Shown in pieces: positions 20,999 through 33,584 of a DNA stretch of 64,000 nt. Origin of the DNA: Selaginella moellendorffii (taxonomy: Eukaryota; Plantae; Lycopodiophyta); contig NW_003314265.1 in NCBI RefSeq assembly GCF_000143415.4, positions 1,260,446 through 1,324,445 of the forward strand. The letters are read 5' to 3'. The stretch's first letter is position 1. The number at the start of each line of letters is the position of its first letter. Under the pieces are notes generated by a model. The model made no database searches. It saw only the letters and a list, made by a program, of their open reading frames with translations, and had not been told where the DNA came from. Both the position numbers and the translations under genes were made by a program.

Positions 20999-22912
20999 TA
21001 TTCTCAATGGTTTTAAAAGTACTTAGTAATTACCTCATGAGAAATTTAATATATGTAACTTCATCTAACTGTGGCATTTCAATTTTCAATAAATTGTTTA
21101 GTATTGCAATATAACTTGCACGGAGGTTATTGTTATGGTTGTGGACTTTGCTTAGACTTCTTTAATAACTATAAAGTTTTCTTTGACCTGTGTCAAGGAT
21201 TCTTCTAAGAATATTACCCATTGATTTCCTTTAAAGGCATTGTCTACCAAAAATCAAAATTATATAAAAATCAACTACTTTAGAAAAGTACTTACTTGGA
21301 TTAATATTTGATCTTTTTTGTATTCATTGCTTCCTAGTCCATATTAGTTTGATCATCAAACTCCTTTTGCTTTGCAAATACTTCGTCCTGGCCTTCTTTT
21401 GGCCTCTGCTATTGCTCCTCATCATCCTGTATAAAAAAACTAATTATATTGTAAGAAGATAAAGTTTTACCTTAGATGCTTTATCCTATCATCTTTGCTT
21501 GAAGTGTTGACCTATCTTAGTGAGCATAAATAATCACTTTTGAACTTAACCCTCTTTATCAACTTATTTTATTTCCTGTTTTTGCCTAAACATCCTTTAA
21601 CTACATCTTTTTCTTCATGGTATCTTGAAATGCTTGCAAATTAACTTATTCACAAAGTAGTTCCCTCACATACCCTCTAGCAACAACAATTGTCATTTAT
21701 TCAACTTCATATTCCTGTAAAGTAGTTGGTTCAAGTGTATTAAATTTGGAATTTATTGCTCCTCCCGCCCCTAATCAAACTTGAAGTAAGCTTGTTTACT
21801 TTTTTGTTTTTCCTCCATACCCCAAAAGAGGTTCATCATATCATTAGCCACTTCATTGCTTCTTGCTTTCACATTTCTAAGGTTGATGCCTATTGCATTA
21901 AGTTGATTCCTTGAGGTTATTGGTGGAAGCTTAAACATCAACTTCTCTAACTCTTTCCTTCTCTTTGATAGAAATCTTGTTGTCTTCTTTGTCCTTGATC
22001 ACTACCTTAATGTCTTCTTTTACTCAACATATAAATGACAAACCATTCATTTAAAATAGTTTAAAAATAAAGTACTTAGTTGCTCCTTGTTTAGCTTTAT
22101 TTTCTTGCTTGGTTGCTCATCAAGATCATCAGAAACCTCATAAACCATTGGATTCTTCTTCTTGTGATTGTGCTTTGTCGGTGTCATACTCTCTCGTTTG
22201 CTAGTTGTCACTTTGCTCCTTTCCTGTGCTTTACTCTTTACAATTTTAGCTAATGTTCTGCACTTCTTGGCTTCTCAGGTATCTCTGTCTCAAGATTTTC
22301 CTTGACATTAGTTTTTGCCTTGGTTTTTGAACTATGAATATGTGGTAGAAAGTAAAAAGCTAGTTATAGAACTGTGTTACCTCGGTGACGCAATAGTGTG
22401 CACCATTTTAACGCTGACCACTCCTTGGAATTAAAGGAAAGAAGTGGAAAAAGAAAGATGGAGTAGGTGAAGCAAAGCGATGCTACTTCCCTGAACCCCC
22501 ACAGCTAGACTTAGACCTCCTGAACTAGATCGCAATTACTTCCAATCCGGCGTAGCTGCTTGCACTACTTGATATTTTCATAAAGGAGAGCGGCTTCTTG
22601 GCAGTGGCGCAAATTAGTTCGCTGGTTCCGGCAGAAGGTCACACACATCTGAAGGGCCTTGCTTATTTCCCACATCGAAGGATGAATTTATTCAGTACTT
22701 CTCATTTAGGAAATGTACCTTTGTCCTGGTCCCTTGCTTGTTCTCGGCATAGTATAGTTTATAAACCAAATTAAATTAACCCACCCTTTGAACCTTTAAA
22801 TTTTCGAAACGAGACATTCCCATTTTTACTTTTGGAGCACCTGTGCGTGAGAGTTGGAGAAAGTCCTCGAGCCATTTGCACCGAGAGCAAAGTTTTGGAG
22901 TGTTGGTGAAGT

Positions 22913-23821
22913 TCACACCCGAGTAGAAAAGCCTTGGACCTGATCTTGAGTTGGAGCGTCACGCATTTGATCATCCGCAGTCTCCTCTGCCAGTTTTCGA
23001 CGGAGAAGTTCTTCGAGCTCCTTGAGCTGGAACGTGTAGAGCGCGACGAGGCCGAACTTGCCCAGGCCACCCGACTCGGCCACCGTGTTTGCGGCTGGTA
23101 TCACCGTCCCCAAGATCTCGGTGTAGAAGCCGGAGCCACGGTTGCGAGGATCAAACGTGACGTCCGGGAGTTTCTCCTCAGGGGGCAGCCGCTGGAGCAA
23201 GGCCTGGAAATGCTGGCAGCCAGAGTAGGACTCGTCCAGGAATTCCTGATTGCGAGCGATGGTTCTAGCGTCCCGGATCAACTCCTCGCCATCGCCCTCT
23301 CGCGAGAAGAAGCTCGATTCCGCCCAGAAGACTGTTCTAAGCCCGAAAGATCTCGCGCTGGTCAGTATCGCTTTGTCTACCCGCGAGTCCCTGGAAGATC
23401 TCATGTAGTGGAACAGCCGCCCTTTCACCCTCTTCCGGAGAAAGAGTAGAAGGCTCCCATCCAGCGCGGGAGGAGAGAAGCTCTCCACCACCGAAGATCT
23501 CATCCTGGATTCGTCGCTCTCGTCCAGCCGGACGATCGCGCTCGATCTGTGGTACATCTCCGAGTAGTGGATGCAATCCTCCGCCGTCTTCCTGGAGCGA
23601 TCCATGACTAACCTAGGCATGCCCAGCGCCAGCAGCAGCGCCTCCAGCTCCACGCCCGCCATGGCGCACGCTCGCGAGAAGTGGTAGCGCGTCGCCATCG
23701 TCAATCGCAGCATCGCGAGCTGGAGCACGCCGTAGTAGTAGATCTCCTCCGCCGATGCATTCGTCCTCTTCCGGATCCTCACCCCTGGGCAAGAATCGCC
23801 GTGGATCAATCGCCTCAACAT
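22913..23821 (-). CDS. Uncharacterised intronless protein, 302 aa
   Basis: GC-rich ORF starting with ATG, head-to-head with separase. No domain recognised. Confidence 0.55.
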   Translation of the reverse strand: MLRRLIHGDSCPGVRIRKRTNASAEEIYYYGVLQLAMLRLTMATRYHFSRACAMAGVELEALLLALGMPRLVMDRSRKTAEDCIHYSEMYHRSSAIVRLDESDESRMRSSVVESFSPPALDGSLLLFLRKRVKGRLFHYMRSSRDSRVDKAILTSARSFGLRTVFWAESSFFSREGDGEELIRDARTIARNQEFLDESYSGCQHFQALLQRLPPEEKLPDVTFDPRNRGSGFYTEILGTVIPAANTVAESGGLGKFGLVALYTFQLKELEELLRRKLAEETADDQMRDAPTQDQVQGFSTRV

Positions 23822-23880
23822 AAACCCTAGAATGTGGTGTTTCGAATTTCCCGCTTGGACAGGATCTAGGGTTCTTAGCT
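23822..23880. promoter_or_regulatory. 59-bp divergent spacer with two oppositely oriented telo-box-like motifs
   Basis: aaaccctag at 23822 and ctagggtt at ~23866, between two divergent ATGs. Confidence 0.45.
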
Positions 23881-26800
23881 ATGGCGCCGGCTGCCCGGGG
23901 GACGGCGAGGAAGGCGAGAGCAGCAGCGCCAGCAGCAATATCCTCCATTGCGATCTCCGAGGAAGGTATTCTGGCTCGCATTTCCAGCTCGGAATCCATC
24001 GCCGGGCTCTCGGATCAGGTCCGATGCTACTTAGAATTGAACGCGAAGAATTCCAAGGAGAGTGAGGGCCATGCGCGAGCGAAGAGGGTTGTTCCTTTCC
24101 TCGGGCGCTTGCTCAAGCTGTGTAGTGCTGAGCTGAAGAAGATTCCAGCGGAAGGGGACACGATGGGGTATCAGCGGGGAGGCGATCTCTTTGGAGTCGT
24201 GGGTGTGGCTTTGGAGTCACTGGACAGTTTAAGGCCCTGGCTTGCTAGCGGGATCATCGAGATCGAGCTGCAGAGATACGGGTTTGTGCGTCGATTGGTG
24301 TCGTGGAAGAGGTACAGGGAAGCTGCCGCGGAGTGTAGGAAAATACTAGCGAGCCTCAACGCTCGAGTGTTTTCTTTGGCCAAGGATGAGAAGGCCCGGA
24401 AGAATGCGAAGAACTCCAAGAACCAATCTGACAAGCTGGTTTTGCCCACTCCGAAGAGCTCCGAGGACATGGTTCCTGGTTTACCAGCTCTAGTGGTCGG
24501 AGTGGCCACGGACTTGATACTATACACCGTCGAAAGTGGCGAACGAGACATCGACGTTTTGGAGAGTTTGGCTCGTCTTCCTCGCCAACTAGAGCCATGG
24601 CTGAGGTAGGCTACGTTTTTTCTTAAGATGGTCTTGGGAACACTTTGTTGGCCTTTGGATGCAGTGTTATGGATTCCAAGGACCAGGGAGCGCAAAGAGA
24701 CGCCGTTTTCAAGGCGTTGTACAGGTCCACTACGATTCTGATAGCGAGGAGTGCAATTGAAGCCGAATCTCTTTACAGTTTTTGCACAATTGCTCTGGTT
24801 TGGTGCAGTATCTCGTCCCAGGTCGATCAGTATCTTAAGGTACTTGCCATCTATTAACGTAATCGTTTAGTGAGGCATCTCACTGCAGGTTGCTCGTAAA
24901 TTTTGCTCGAGTCCCTCTGTTCAGGAAAATGTTGCGTTAGATCTTTGCTTGTTTGTAATCGCCAGTCTACGGTCCAAAGTAGAGGTAAAGGCTACTTATT
25001 CTTTCAGTCATGTGAGTTACAAGCTATGTCTTTTTTTTATATGCAGCTACATTTGGTTAGTGAAGAGATGTTGGAGGTATGTAAGCTGATGACTTGTGGT
25101 TTTCTGACTTTGATCATCTGCTTTTTCAAGGAAAGCGCCTTGAAAGTTCAGAACCTTATGCTAAACAGTAGCATGCCATCAGATGAGCTTCGGGGGCTAA
25201 TTTCAGTTACATATAATATGGGAGTGCAGTTATACAACAAGAAGGAGTATGACTTGGTAATACTTACTATGATCTGAATACCTGACTTCCTGTATTCAGG
25301 CATGCAGGCCTCTCAAATTGGCTCATGACGGTACTTGGATCAGGGTGGATTTCCTGTCGATGATATCTGCTGTTCCGGTTGTTGAGGCTGTTTCGGAAGC
25401 TTGCGTAAAAACTTCGGCGTACGTGGACTGTTTGGTACGAAACAGTGATACCGACTATGCAATAGAAGTTCTTCGAAACTCGCTGGTTTACTGGCTAAGG
25501 GTTCATAGCCAGGGGTTCAAGCTTGAAAGTCCTCAAAGTGTATTGAAGCTCTGGTGCAAGGTATGTTTGGATGTTTCTGAGCTCTTTCTGAATATCCCGA
25601 AATCTGTACAGGTTACCCTTGAATTCGCACCAGAACTATGCTGCTTGTACGGCTCTTTATGTGATCTGCAGCCACCTGCGCCTGCTGCATCGCTGGGCCT
25701 AATTCTTGAAGGGGTAAAGGATTTTGAGGTTATGATTTAACGTGTTAAAAGCTCTTGGCAGCAATTACTGGCTCTTGATGATACAGAAAAACATGGGATA
25801 GAACAAGTTAAGGAAGAACTCATCAGTTTTCTTGCTGATGAGGTCTACAATGGTGGATCTTGTCCTCTTGAACTTTCAAGAGTTTTGATAGAGAAAGGTC
25901 GCTTTGCACGGAAGAAAGGAATGCAGAACCTTGGAACTGTTATCGCTCTCCTATCGAAGGCTTTGCTACTTTCTGTAAGTCCTTTCTTTTTTTCTGTTTT
26001 TTTTTTTGGACGATAAATGCTAATACTTACGTTGACAGGAAAATGCTTTAAGGACAGGGGAAGAAGAGAAAGTAGAAACGAACTACCTTTGTGCTGTTGC
26101 ATATTGTCTTCGGGCACATTGTTCTCAGGAGGCAGATTCTTCATCCGAGGTGTGAACATGGGCCTTGTGGCATATTTTACACCAAGTGTTCTTGTTTCAG
26201 GAATATGTTGCGGATTTGACTTCAGCAGTTAAAGCCTGGAGAAAGTTTCTGGGATATCTAAGAACTGGAGCAAGCGCTGGAGCATCTTATAGGATGACGA
26301 AAGAATCAATTTTATTTTTATTGAGGAGCATGGCAGATTTGTTGTCTTTGAAGGTAAGGTCTTCAAATTTATATATGTATTCCAAAGCAACAAAATGGCA
26401 GGCATTGACGAGTCTACAAAATGAGATACAATTATTAATATTCGAATTCATTTCGTACTGGTATGGATCACAGAGTTCTTCAGTTTGGGAAAATACGCGT
26501 ACCAGCCATGTTCTTTGTCTTGTTCCCCTATCGTCGGACTTCGAAGCTATCCTGCAGACGAAGTTTGGACAGAAAATGGACGTTTTGTACGATTTTGGGA
26601 AAACTACCGATTCACTTGCGGCAGCAGTAAAGCTAGTCCTCAGTGAAGATTTGTCCGCATTTTCTCAACAACATTTGTTGGAAACTGACGCGGCTCTCAC
26701 ATTGGCTCGTGGTACACCGAATGTAAGTGTTGTCAAACTCTTATTTTTTATAAGTGATGCCTGACTTATCTTTGATTTGCCAGAGTTTTCGGGAGCGTGT

Positions 26801-29800
26801 ACACTTATCAAGGTTACAGTTCTATTTGGCCGAAGTATTTATGCAAAGAGGGGACTTGGAAATGGTACGTGCTTCATGTTTATAGTCACTAACTATTAAA
26901 TGGAATCTAGGCTATCAAACTTGCAACCGAAAGCCTTCAATTGCGGCTGAAGCTTCTAAATCGTACCTTCTTAGTGTCCAAGGATGTGAGCCATAGCACT
27001 TCAAAAAGCAAAGTCGAGGCAGTCGGTCCTTCTGCAGTCCTTTCATGGCCATCGTTGCTCAGCCGTAATACGTGCTACGAATTCAGTCAATGGCACATCC
27101 TTGGTGATTATTTAGAAAGTCTGATGCAGGTACTTATATTTAAGTTTTTAATGATTGTTTCACTCTACTCTGTTTTCAGGTCGGTTCTTTGCATGAAAAA
27201 CTAGGATTCTCTGACGAAGCTGAGAGAAGCTTTCGTGAGGGACTTTGGTTGGCGAAGGCTCAAAATCTAACTTTTTCTTGTATACGTTTTACTTCTGCTT
27301 TAGGTACGTTAGAACAGTTCTTCACAACAAAAGTATTTTTGTTTGTGTTACAGGTGAAGTGCACAGGAAGCAGCACATGTGGGAACATGCCGAGGAAGGT
27401 TTAAAGGATGCTGAGAAAATGCTGGAAGAGCTTAATAGTGGCAATGTTTGTGCCGGCTGCATTACGATGGAAAAATGTCTTCTTAAACTGCGGTTTGGGG
27501 ATCTCGCTCGGCACTCTCCAAAGCTGGACGGAGGGAACATTTTCACCAATACCAAACTGGACATTGGTCTGATGCACTACGAATTTGCGATAGAAGCTTT
27601 GACCGAGTTGCCTTTCTTGCGGGAAGTCTTGGAGGAGTTCAAGCATGCCTCTCATGGAGAGTGCAGAAAGTTCCGTCTGAGAGACACTACGTTGTCAGCC
27701 TGGACGCACTACAAGTGGGAATATCATAGTCGGTGTTTGGCCGCGAAGCTGTTTATCGAACAAGGTGGGTTTATACTTCCTTGTGCGTTGTTTAACACTT
27801 TTCCTGTTTGTAGGCAGCTGTCGGTTTCAGCTACGAGACGTCCTCAAGGCAGAAGAGAGCTACCTGCAAGCGAGACAGCTTATTAATGTAGAAGTCGAAA
27901 CCTCTGAGCAGAGCTCCCATGCTAGCATCAACGCAAGTTTGTTCCCCCTAGAGGAAGCGAACTTGCTGTATAACTGGAGCTTACTTCGTTTGTGGGAAGG
28001 GTGTGCTCAAAGGTTTGTACATATTATCTTCTTGCCGATATCTTATTTCTGGTTGCAGAGTTAGTGACGAATTTTTGTCTATGCCATGCACTTGGTTGTA
28101 CCGCGCCTTTTTCTTGAGTATTACGGCTTCTGTTTTGTCTAAAAAGGTATGCATCTATTTCTCTTAATGCAGGACATGCTCCAATTTGTTTTGAACTCAG
28201 GTGTGCCAACTTTTAGCAATCCTTCACTTTTTAATGCTTGCTACGAATAATAGCAACCATGAGACGAAGGAGCTAGCCGCCTATTTTCACCAAGCATCCA
28301 TAGGATCGATGAGTCGCCAGCAACACCTTCTAGTACTCGACTCTAAATCGCAACAGGTGTTTATTTGCTTTATTGTGTTGGTTTATACTGAAATACTGTC
28401 CAGGCTGATGCTCGAACGTGTATAAAAGAAATGAGAAAAGCACTGAGGTGGGCAATCTCGATCTGTATATGGAATTTCCTAAGGTCGTGGTTTTAATCTT
28501 TGGCTAGAGTGGTACAAGAAGGATCGTTTGATCTGAGGGCCGAGTTTAAGGCGCTTATGGACGGATTGCCTTCCGCAACTATATGCTGCATCAGCTTACT
28601 CGAGCAAGAGTTCTCTTTTATTTTGGAGCAAATTGGTAAAGATCCTAGTGCCGCATGGCTACTTATCTCTCGTATCGGAGGCGATGTCGTGGTTACCATC
28701 CTCCCCATAGGCTGTGCTAATCGTACTGGTTTTGAAGTTCGCCAAGCACCTGAAAGCAGATGGAGGCACAAAAGCGTCTTAGAATCCGATGCTCTAGTCA
28801 GAGCCTTTATGGGAGAACTGGCCTCTATTCTAGATGAAAGCCGTCAATCTACGTCTCGTCTACTGCCAGTATCTACTCCAGAAGAAAAAAACCAGTGGTG
28901 GAAATGGAGAACTGAGCTAGATACACGACTGGCTTCATGTCTAAGGTCTGACGTTTTTTATTTTTTTATTTTTTTATTTTATTTTTATTTATTTTGTCTT
29001 TTCTGCAGAAACATAGAAAACAGCTGGCTTGGATTCTGGAAATGTCTGCTGCTGGGAGAACCTGCTCGATCCTCTGTTTCAGAAGCCCTTCGCAAAAAGT
29101 CCAAGGAGCTGTGCCGAACTTTGAAGTCCAAAAGCTTCCTTGGGCAATTGAAAGCATGTAAAGTACCTGAGGAAGCGCTGGTAAAGTTATTGCTGCAAGC
29201 AGTTGGCTCACTAGAAGCTGAGCAGCTCCGCCAAGGTATCGCTTTCATTCTGGGTTGGGATCATAACCTTGGAGAAAGGGAGGAATTATTGATTGAGAAA
29301 GCATCGGAAGTATTTCGTTCTTCATTTTTATCGGCAATCAACAAGGAGCTGGATATTGAGTGGGAACCTGTTGAGCTTGTCCTTGATGGTAAATTGCAGG
29401 TAACTTTGTTTCTGCAACGTTTTTCACTTCTAACACTTCTTTTCGCAGGCCTTACCATGGGAAAGCCTTCCCGTCATGCGAAAACTTGAAACATATCGCA
29501 TGCCTTCGCTAGGAAGCATAAAAGCCGTTTTCATCCACCATAGATATTCATTGTTGGAGCTCGACGTTTGTGATGGCTTGGGGCGTCTACAACTAAATGG
29601 AAAGGCGAGAAGAAACGCCATTAGAGGAGCATCCAGACCAGCCGTCAATCCTCATAGTACATTTTACCTGTTAAATCCTGGAGGTGATTTAGAAAGCACA
29701 CAGTCGGCTTTTGAGGAATGGTTTAGGCGCCAAAAAGGCTGGGAGGTAACTGGATTTTCTTACGCTCTAAACGCTTTACACCATTATCTTTCAGGGTAAA

Positions 29801-30430
29801 ACAGGCCAGGTCCCTACGCTTGACGAGTATTTGGAAGGATTTCAGCAGCATGACATGTTCGTTTATCTCGGACATGGCAGTGGTAACTTTTATGTTTTTT
29901 CTTTTAAATGCGAGTAACACATTATTTCAGGTGACCAATATTTTCCTGAGAAGCACATGCGCAAGCTTGTACACTGTCCAGCATCGCTTCTGATGGGATG
30001 TAGCAGTGGTCGTTTCTCCGCAAGGGGAGACTACGAACCAGTTGGAGTGCCGCTATCTTACCTCATGGCTAGTTGTCCTTTGGCTATAGCAAACCTGTGG
30101 GACGTGACTGATGGAGACATCGACCGGTTTAGCAGAGCTGTGCTCCAGAGATGGCTAGAGAGCTGTGCAAACGAAGGGGCCTCGAAACCAAAGATCAAGA
30201 CGCCGGTGAAGGCCCCAAGAAGGGGTAGAAGTTCGTCGAAGGCAGTACAGGAGGTGGACGACAGTTTATCTACGACCGAAGAATGGGAAGAAGTTTGCAT
30301 CGGTCCCAGCATCGAAGCCGGCAGGGAAGCGTGCAGACTTCCATACTTGATTGGAGCATCGCCTGTCTGCTTTGGAGTTCCGACTGTTATTCGCAGGAGC
30401 AAAACGGACGATAAGATCACGAGTCAATGA
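23881..30430 (+). CDS. ESP1: Separase (peptidase C50), multi-exon
   Basis: C-terminal motifs QWWKWRTELDTRL, LPWESLPVMR...YRMPSLGS, FYLLNPGGDL, MFVYLGHGSG (catalytic His), LLMGCSSG (catalytic Cys), IANLWDVTDGDIDRF and LIGASPVCFGVP. Long helical N-terminus. Confidence 0.95.
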
Positions 30431-30762
30431 TGCTGGCTTTGCTGCAGGTAAAACAAATCTAAGCTGTTTGGCTTCTCTGTAATGCCGTATTTTCTTGTCT
30501 CAGGCACTTCAGATGGTTGAAGCACCTGCAACTCAAGCTTGGCTTTCTAAAGAAGCCTCTGCTCGTTTTAATGTGGGACCATGGTAAATTCCTCCTCGTA
30601 ACCATTGCTACAGTGACTCAGCTGTGGTTTTGCAGGCTTACCTTTGCTAGGTAAAGCCCGCACAGTGGTTTTTCCATCGCTCTAGGAGGAAAAGAAGAGC
30701 ACCAGTGTTGCAAGGGGGGTTTCTCGGCATTCTTGCGTGCGCTCGACTCGAGTCTACTCGCC

Positions 30763-30948
30763 ATGGACGACAAGAAGAATGCGGCGAAGACTAGTGCACA
30801 GGGCGTCCAGCGCGAGGATGTTCTCAAGGCGGCGAAGAAGAAGCCCCTCCCTCCAAAGCGTGGCGAGGTGAAGAAGGAAGTGGTGGCGTCGCTCATCACT
30901 TCAATCGGCTCACTGCTGCCACCGTCGTCTTCGTGCTGCTCTTCGTGA
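30763..30948 (+). CDS. Small basic protein, 61 aa, with LPPKRGEVKKEV motif
   Basis: ATG in good context (gccATGG). The PPKRG-x-[IV]K motif resembles small uncharacterised land-plant proteins (from memory, unverified). Confidence 0.5.
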   Translation: MDDKKNAAKTSAQGVQREDVLKAAKKKPLPPKRGEVKKEVVASLITSIGSLLPPSSSCCSS

Positions 30949-31432
30949 CAGGCAAAAGCTTCATCATCTCTAGTGTTTCTCCAGATCTATGTTGCTAACA
31001 GATATGTGAGTGAACCGAGTGGAATCGTCCGCGTGAGATGGGCGTGGCTCGGTTTTGTGCTATAGAAATCTCTTTCGCGCTTAGTGGGCCTACACTGTTG
31101 CTTCGCACCAGATGCAGGCCCTGTCAAAATCCCCTCTTCTTTTCGAGGATCGATCCTTTTGCTTATGGGAACCTTCCTTCCTATCTTCCTATCTTCTCCA
31201 AGGAAACTTCTCGGTGTGTGCTCGATTTTAAGATTTGTTTAATAATGTTAAACAAATACTAATATTAAAATTATAGTTTTTCCTTTATCACTGTTTCTTG
31301 TACAGATCGTCTCTCTCATTCGAAACCTTAAGGAATAGCAGCATAGGAAATATAAACGAAAGGATTATCTTCGCCAAAGAGAAACATTGATCAATCAATA
31401 CAGCTTGGGCGGCGTATCTATTATACATGGTT

Positions 31433-31861
31433 TTAGCAACAAACTAGAACTCCATCCTGGTTGGCAACGTGTTTGTTCACATCCACCGCAGCCGAACGCT
31501 TGTTGCAGGTGGTATGCAGATTGGTTTCTAGCAAACTTCCGGGGGAGCAGCTCTTCGCAAATTGGCCTATCGGGTGCCACTTGAGATGGCCTTGATCGTT
31601 GGAGAAGCACAGGTTGAGATCCAGCGACGTCTTCTTGCGACCCCCGTCATACGTTTCGCAATTCCCGTGGAGCGTGGTGCCAATGTAGCGGATTTCCAAG
31701 CAAGATGTTGGGTAACCAGAGCAAATTGCCTGTCAAGAGTATCAAGTTGCTTCATTGAAAGAGATCCTTTGAAATTTCCAAACCTCGATGTGAGATGGTT
31801 TGATCACTGTGAGCACCAGCGCCGCCACGACCCAAAATCCTGCCCTTTCTCCTCGCCTCAT
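31433..31861 (-). CDS. Secreted cyanovirin-N homologue (CVNH lectin), copy 1, 2 exons
   Basis: MRRGERAGFWVVAALVLTVIKPSHIE|AICSGYPTSCLEIRYIGTTLHGNCETYDGGRKKTSLDLNLCFSNDQGHLKWHPIGQFAKSC...AVDVNKHVANQDGVLVCC. Matches the CV-N motifs SIDLNxxxxNxDGxLKW and INLDDHIANIDGTL. Confidence 0.88.
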
Positions 31862-32103
31862 ACCTTGTAAGAGTTCTCTCGCTTCTTTCGTCCCTCAACG
31901 GCAAATGCCGTGTTACTAAATACTCAAACGAAGCTCATTTTGTGTTTGCCAAATGGCAGTAAGCAAACACCACTGTACAGTGGCTAAATTGTCTTTGGCA
32001 AATAAACCTCGATCAATGGTCGGAACATCCGAGCTGTGATTTAAATCATCCCTTTCATTGGGCTGGCAATGCAAATTATTTAGATAAATCTATGAGCGTT
32101 TCT

Positions 32104-32553
32104 CTAGCAGCAAGTCAAGACTCCATTCTGGTTAGCAACATGTTTGGTTACGTCCACGGAGATCTCTTGCTTGTTGCAATAGGCAATCAACTTGGTGTTC
32201 TCCATTCTCCCCATTCCATAGCAGCTCTCCACAAAGTGGCCCATGGGGTGCCACTTGAGCGCACCGTGATCATTGGAGAAGCAAAGATTGAGGTCCAGGG
32301 ATGTGTCTCTGTATCTGTTGTTGTAGGCGCTACAAACGGCATAAAGTGTGGTGTGAAGGTAACGGATGCTCCAGCAAGTTTGCTCGTAGCTACTACAAAC
32401 ACCCTGGAAAGATGAAGATGGTGATGAATCACATCTATTATACAAGCGATATAAACCATTAGAGAAGTAAGTGATCACTCACACAACCTCGACATTAAGT
32501 TCCAATGTTGCTAGACCCAAGACGGCCACCATCCAAAGTTCTGTGTGTCTCAT
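32104..32553 (-). CDS. Secreted cyanovirin-N homologue (CVNH lectin), copy 2, 2 exons
   Basis: MRHTELWMVAVLGLATLELNVE|GVCSSYEQTCWSIRYLHTTLYAVCSAYNNRYRDTSLDLNLCFSNDHGALKWHPMGHFVESC...SVDVTKHVANQNGVLTCC. Same intron position as copy 1. Confidence 0.88.
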
Positions 32554-32761
32554 TAGAGCCCTTGTTGGCTTTGATTTGTTTCTATGTTTTGTTAAATACA
32601 AAAATTTCTCATGCAATACAAAACTAAAACTAACTCCTCGATGGCAGACAAATGGCAGAGTGTCAAAGCGCTTAAATGTGGCAAAAAAAATAGTAAAAAA
32701 AGGTCAACCCTTTTCTAACGTGGCTATAAAACGAAGAGGTTTATTGTTCCAGCAAAGTAAA

Positions 32762-33448
32762 ATGGGTAGCGTTCTGTGTAAAGGATTGGGACCAGCCTCT
32801 GATCTTATGGTGTCGCGGAGGCCAAAGATATGTGGCTTCGGGTGGCGGGAGGAACCCGAGCTTGTGGCAATGACTGAATCTACATCGATAGTGACTTTGA
32901 TGCCGGAAGGAAGTGACTATCAACCCCAAATCGACTGGAGTAGCCTCCTCCTCGGCGTCTTTGCCAGCCTTTCAGGAGAAACTTTCAAGAACAGATCAAG
33001 CTGGGTGAGAGCCATCAAAATATGTGCTCGAGCCATGTCTATGCTCAAAGCTCCTAAGCCCAGTCTGGGCCAGCAGCCGGGGAAAAGAGGAGAACTTCTC
33101 GTTCTATCCAAGGATTTCTCGAGCAGCGTTCGAGTTCATAAAGGCTCCATTCTGAAGCTTAAGTCTGTGACGAGGGATGTGCTCATGCAGCTTGTAGCCA
33201 AGCATCCGGTTGTGACGAGCCTGCGCTGCGTTGGGCCACCCCGTGTGCTTGTCAAGAAGGAGATTGCGCAAACCACGTTGCCCATCTACAATGGCAAGTT
33301 TGATCTCGAGTGCATACCGCGTTGCGGCGTGCTGCTTGGGTATACTCCCAAGTTCTGGATCGTGTACGATCCTACGTATAGCATTTCTTACAAGGTTCGC
33401 GACGTTGATCCGAGTGGGGTTGGCGAGTTTGTGTTGGTGGCAATGTAG
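32762..33448 (+). CDS. Uncharacterised intronless protein, 228 aa
   Basis: ATG 32762 lies ~35 nt downstream of ctataaaa. Open frame to TAG at 33448. No family recognised. Confidence 0.55.
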   Translation: MGSVLCKGLGPASDLMVSRRPKICGFGWREEPELVAMTESTSIVTLMPEGSDYQPQIDWSSLLLGVFASLSGETFKNRSSWVRAIKICARAMSMLKAPKPSLGQQPGKRGELLVLSKDFSSSVRVHKGSILKLKSVTRDVLMQLVAKHPVVTSLRCVGPPRVLVKKEIAQTTLPIYNGKFDLECIPRCGVLLGYTPKFWIVYDPTYSISYKVRDVDPSGVGEFVLVAM

Positions 33449-33584
33449 TGAGATTCGGCAAATGTAACATGCATAAGCATTTATTTGAAAGGGTTGAATC
33501 TTTTGAATCCCATTCAAAATGCCAAGAGCAATCTTCAAAAAAATAAAATAAGAACACAAATGCCCATTTGCGGCATCTGCGGAC

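Noticed and set aside
31395-31755. CVNH copy 1 as a frameshifted pseudogene (split over several ORFs in the track)
   Set aside because: A canonical phase-0 GT-AG intron joins the signal peptide and CVNH exons into an intact frame
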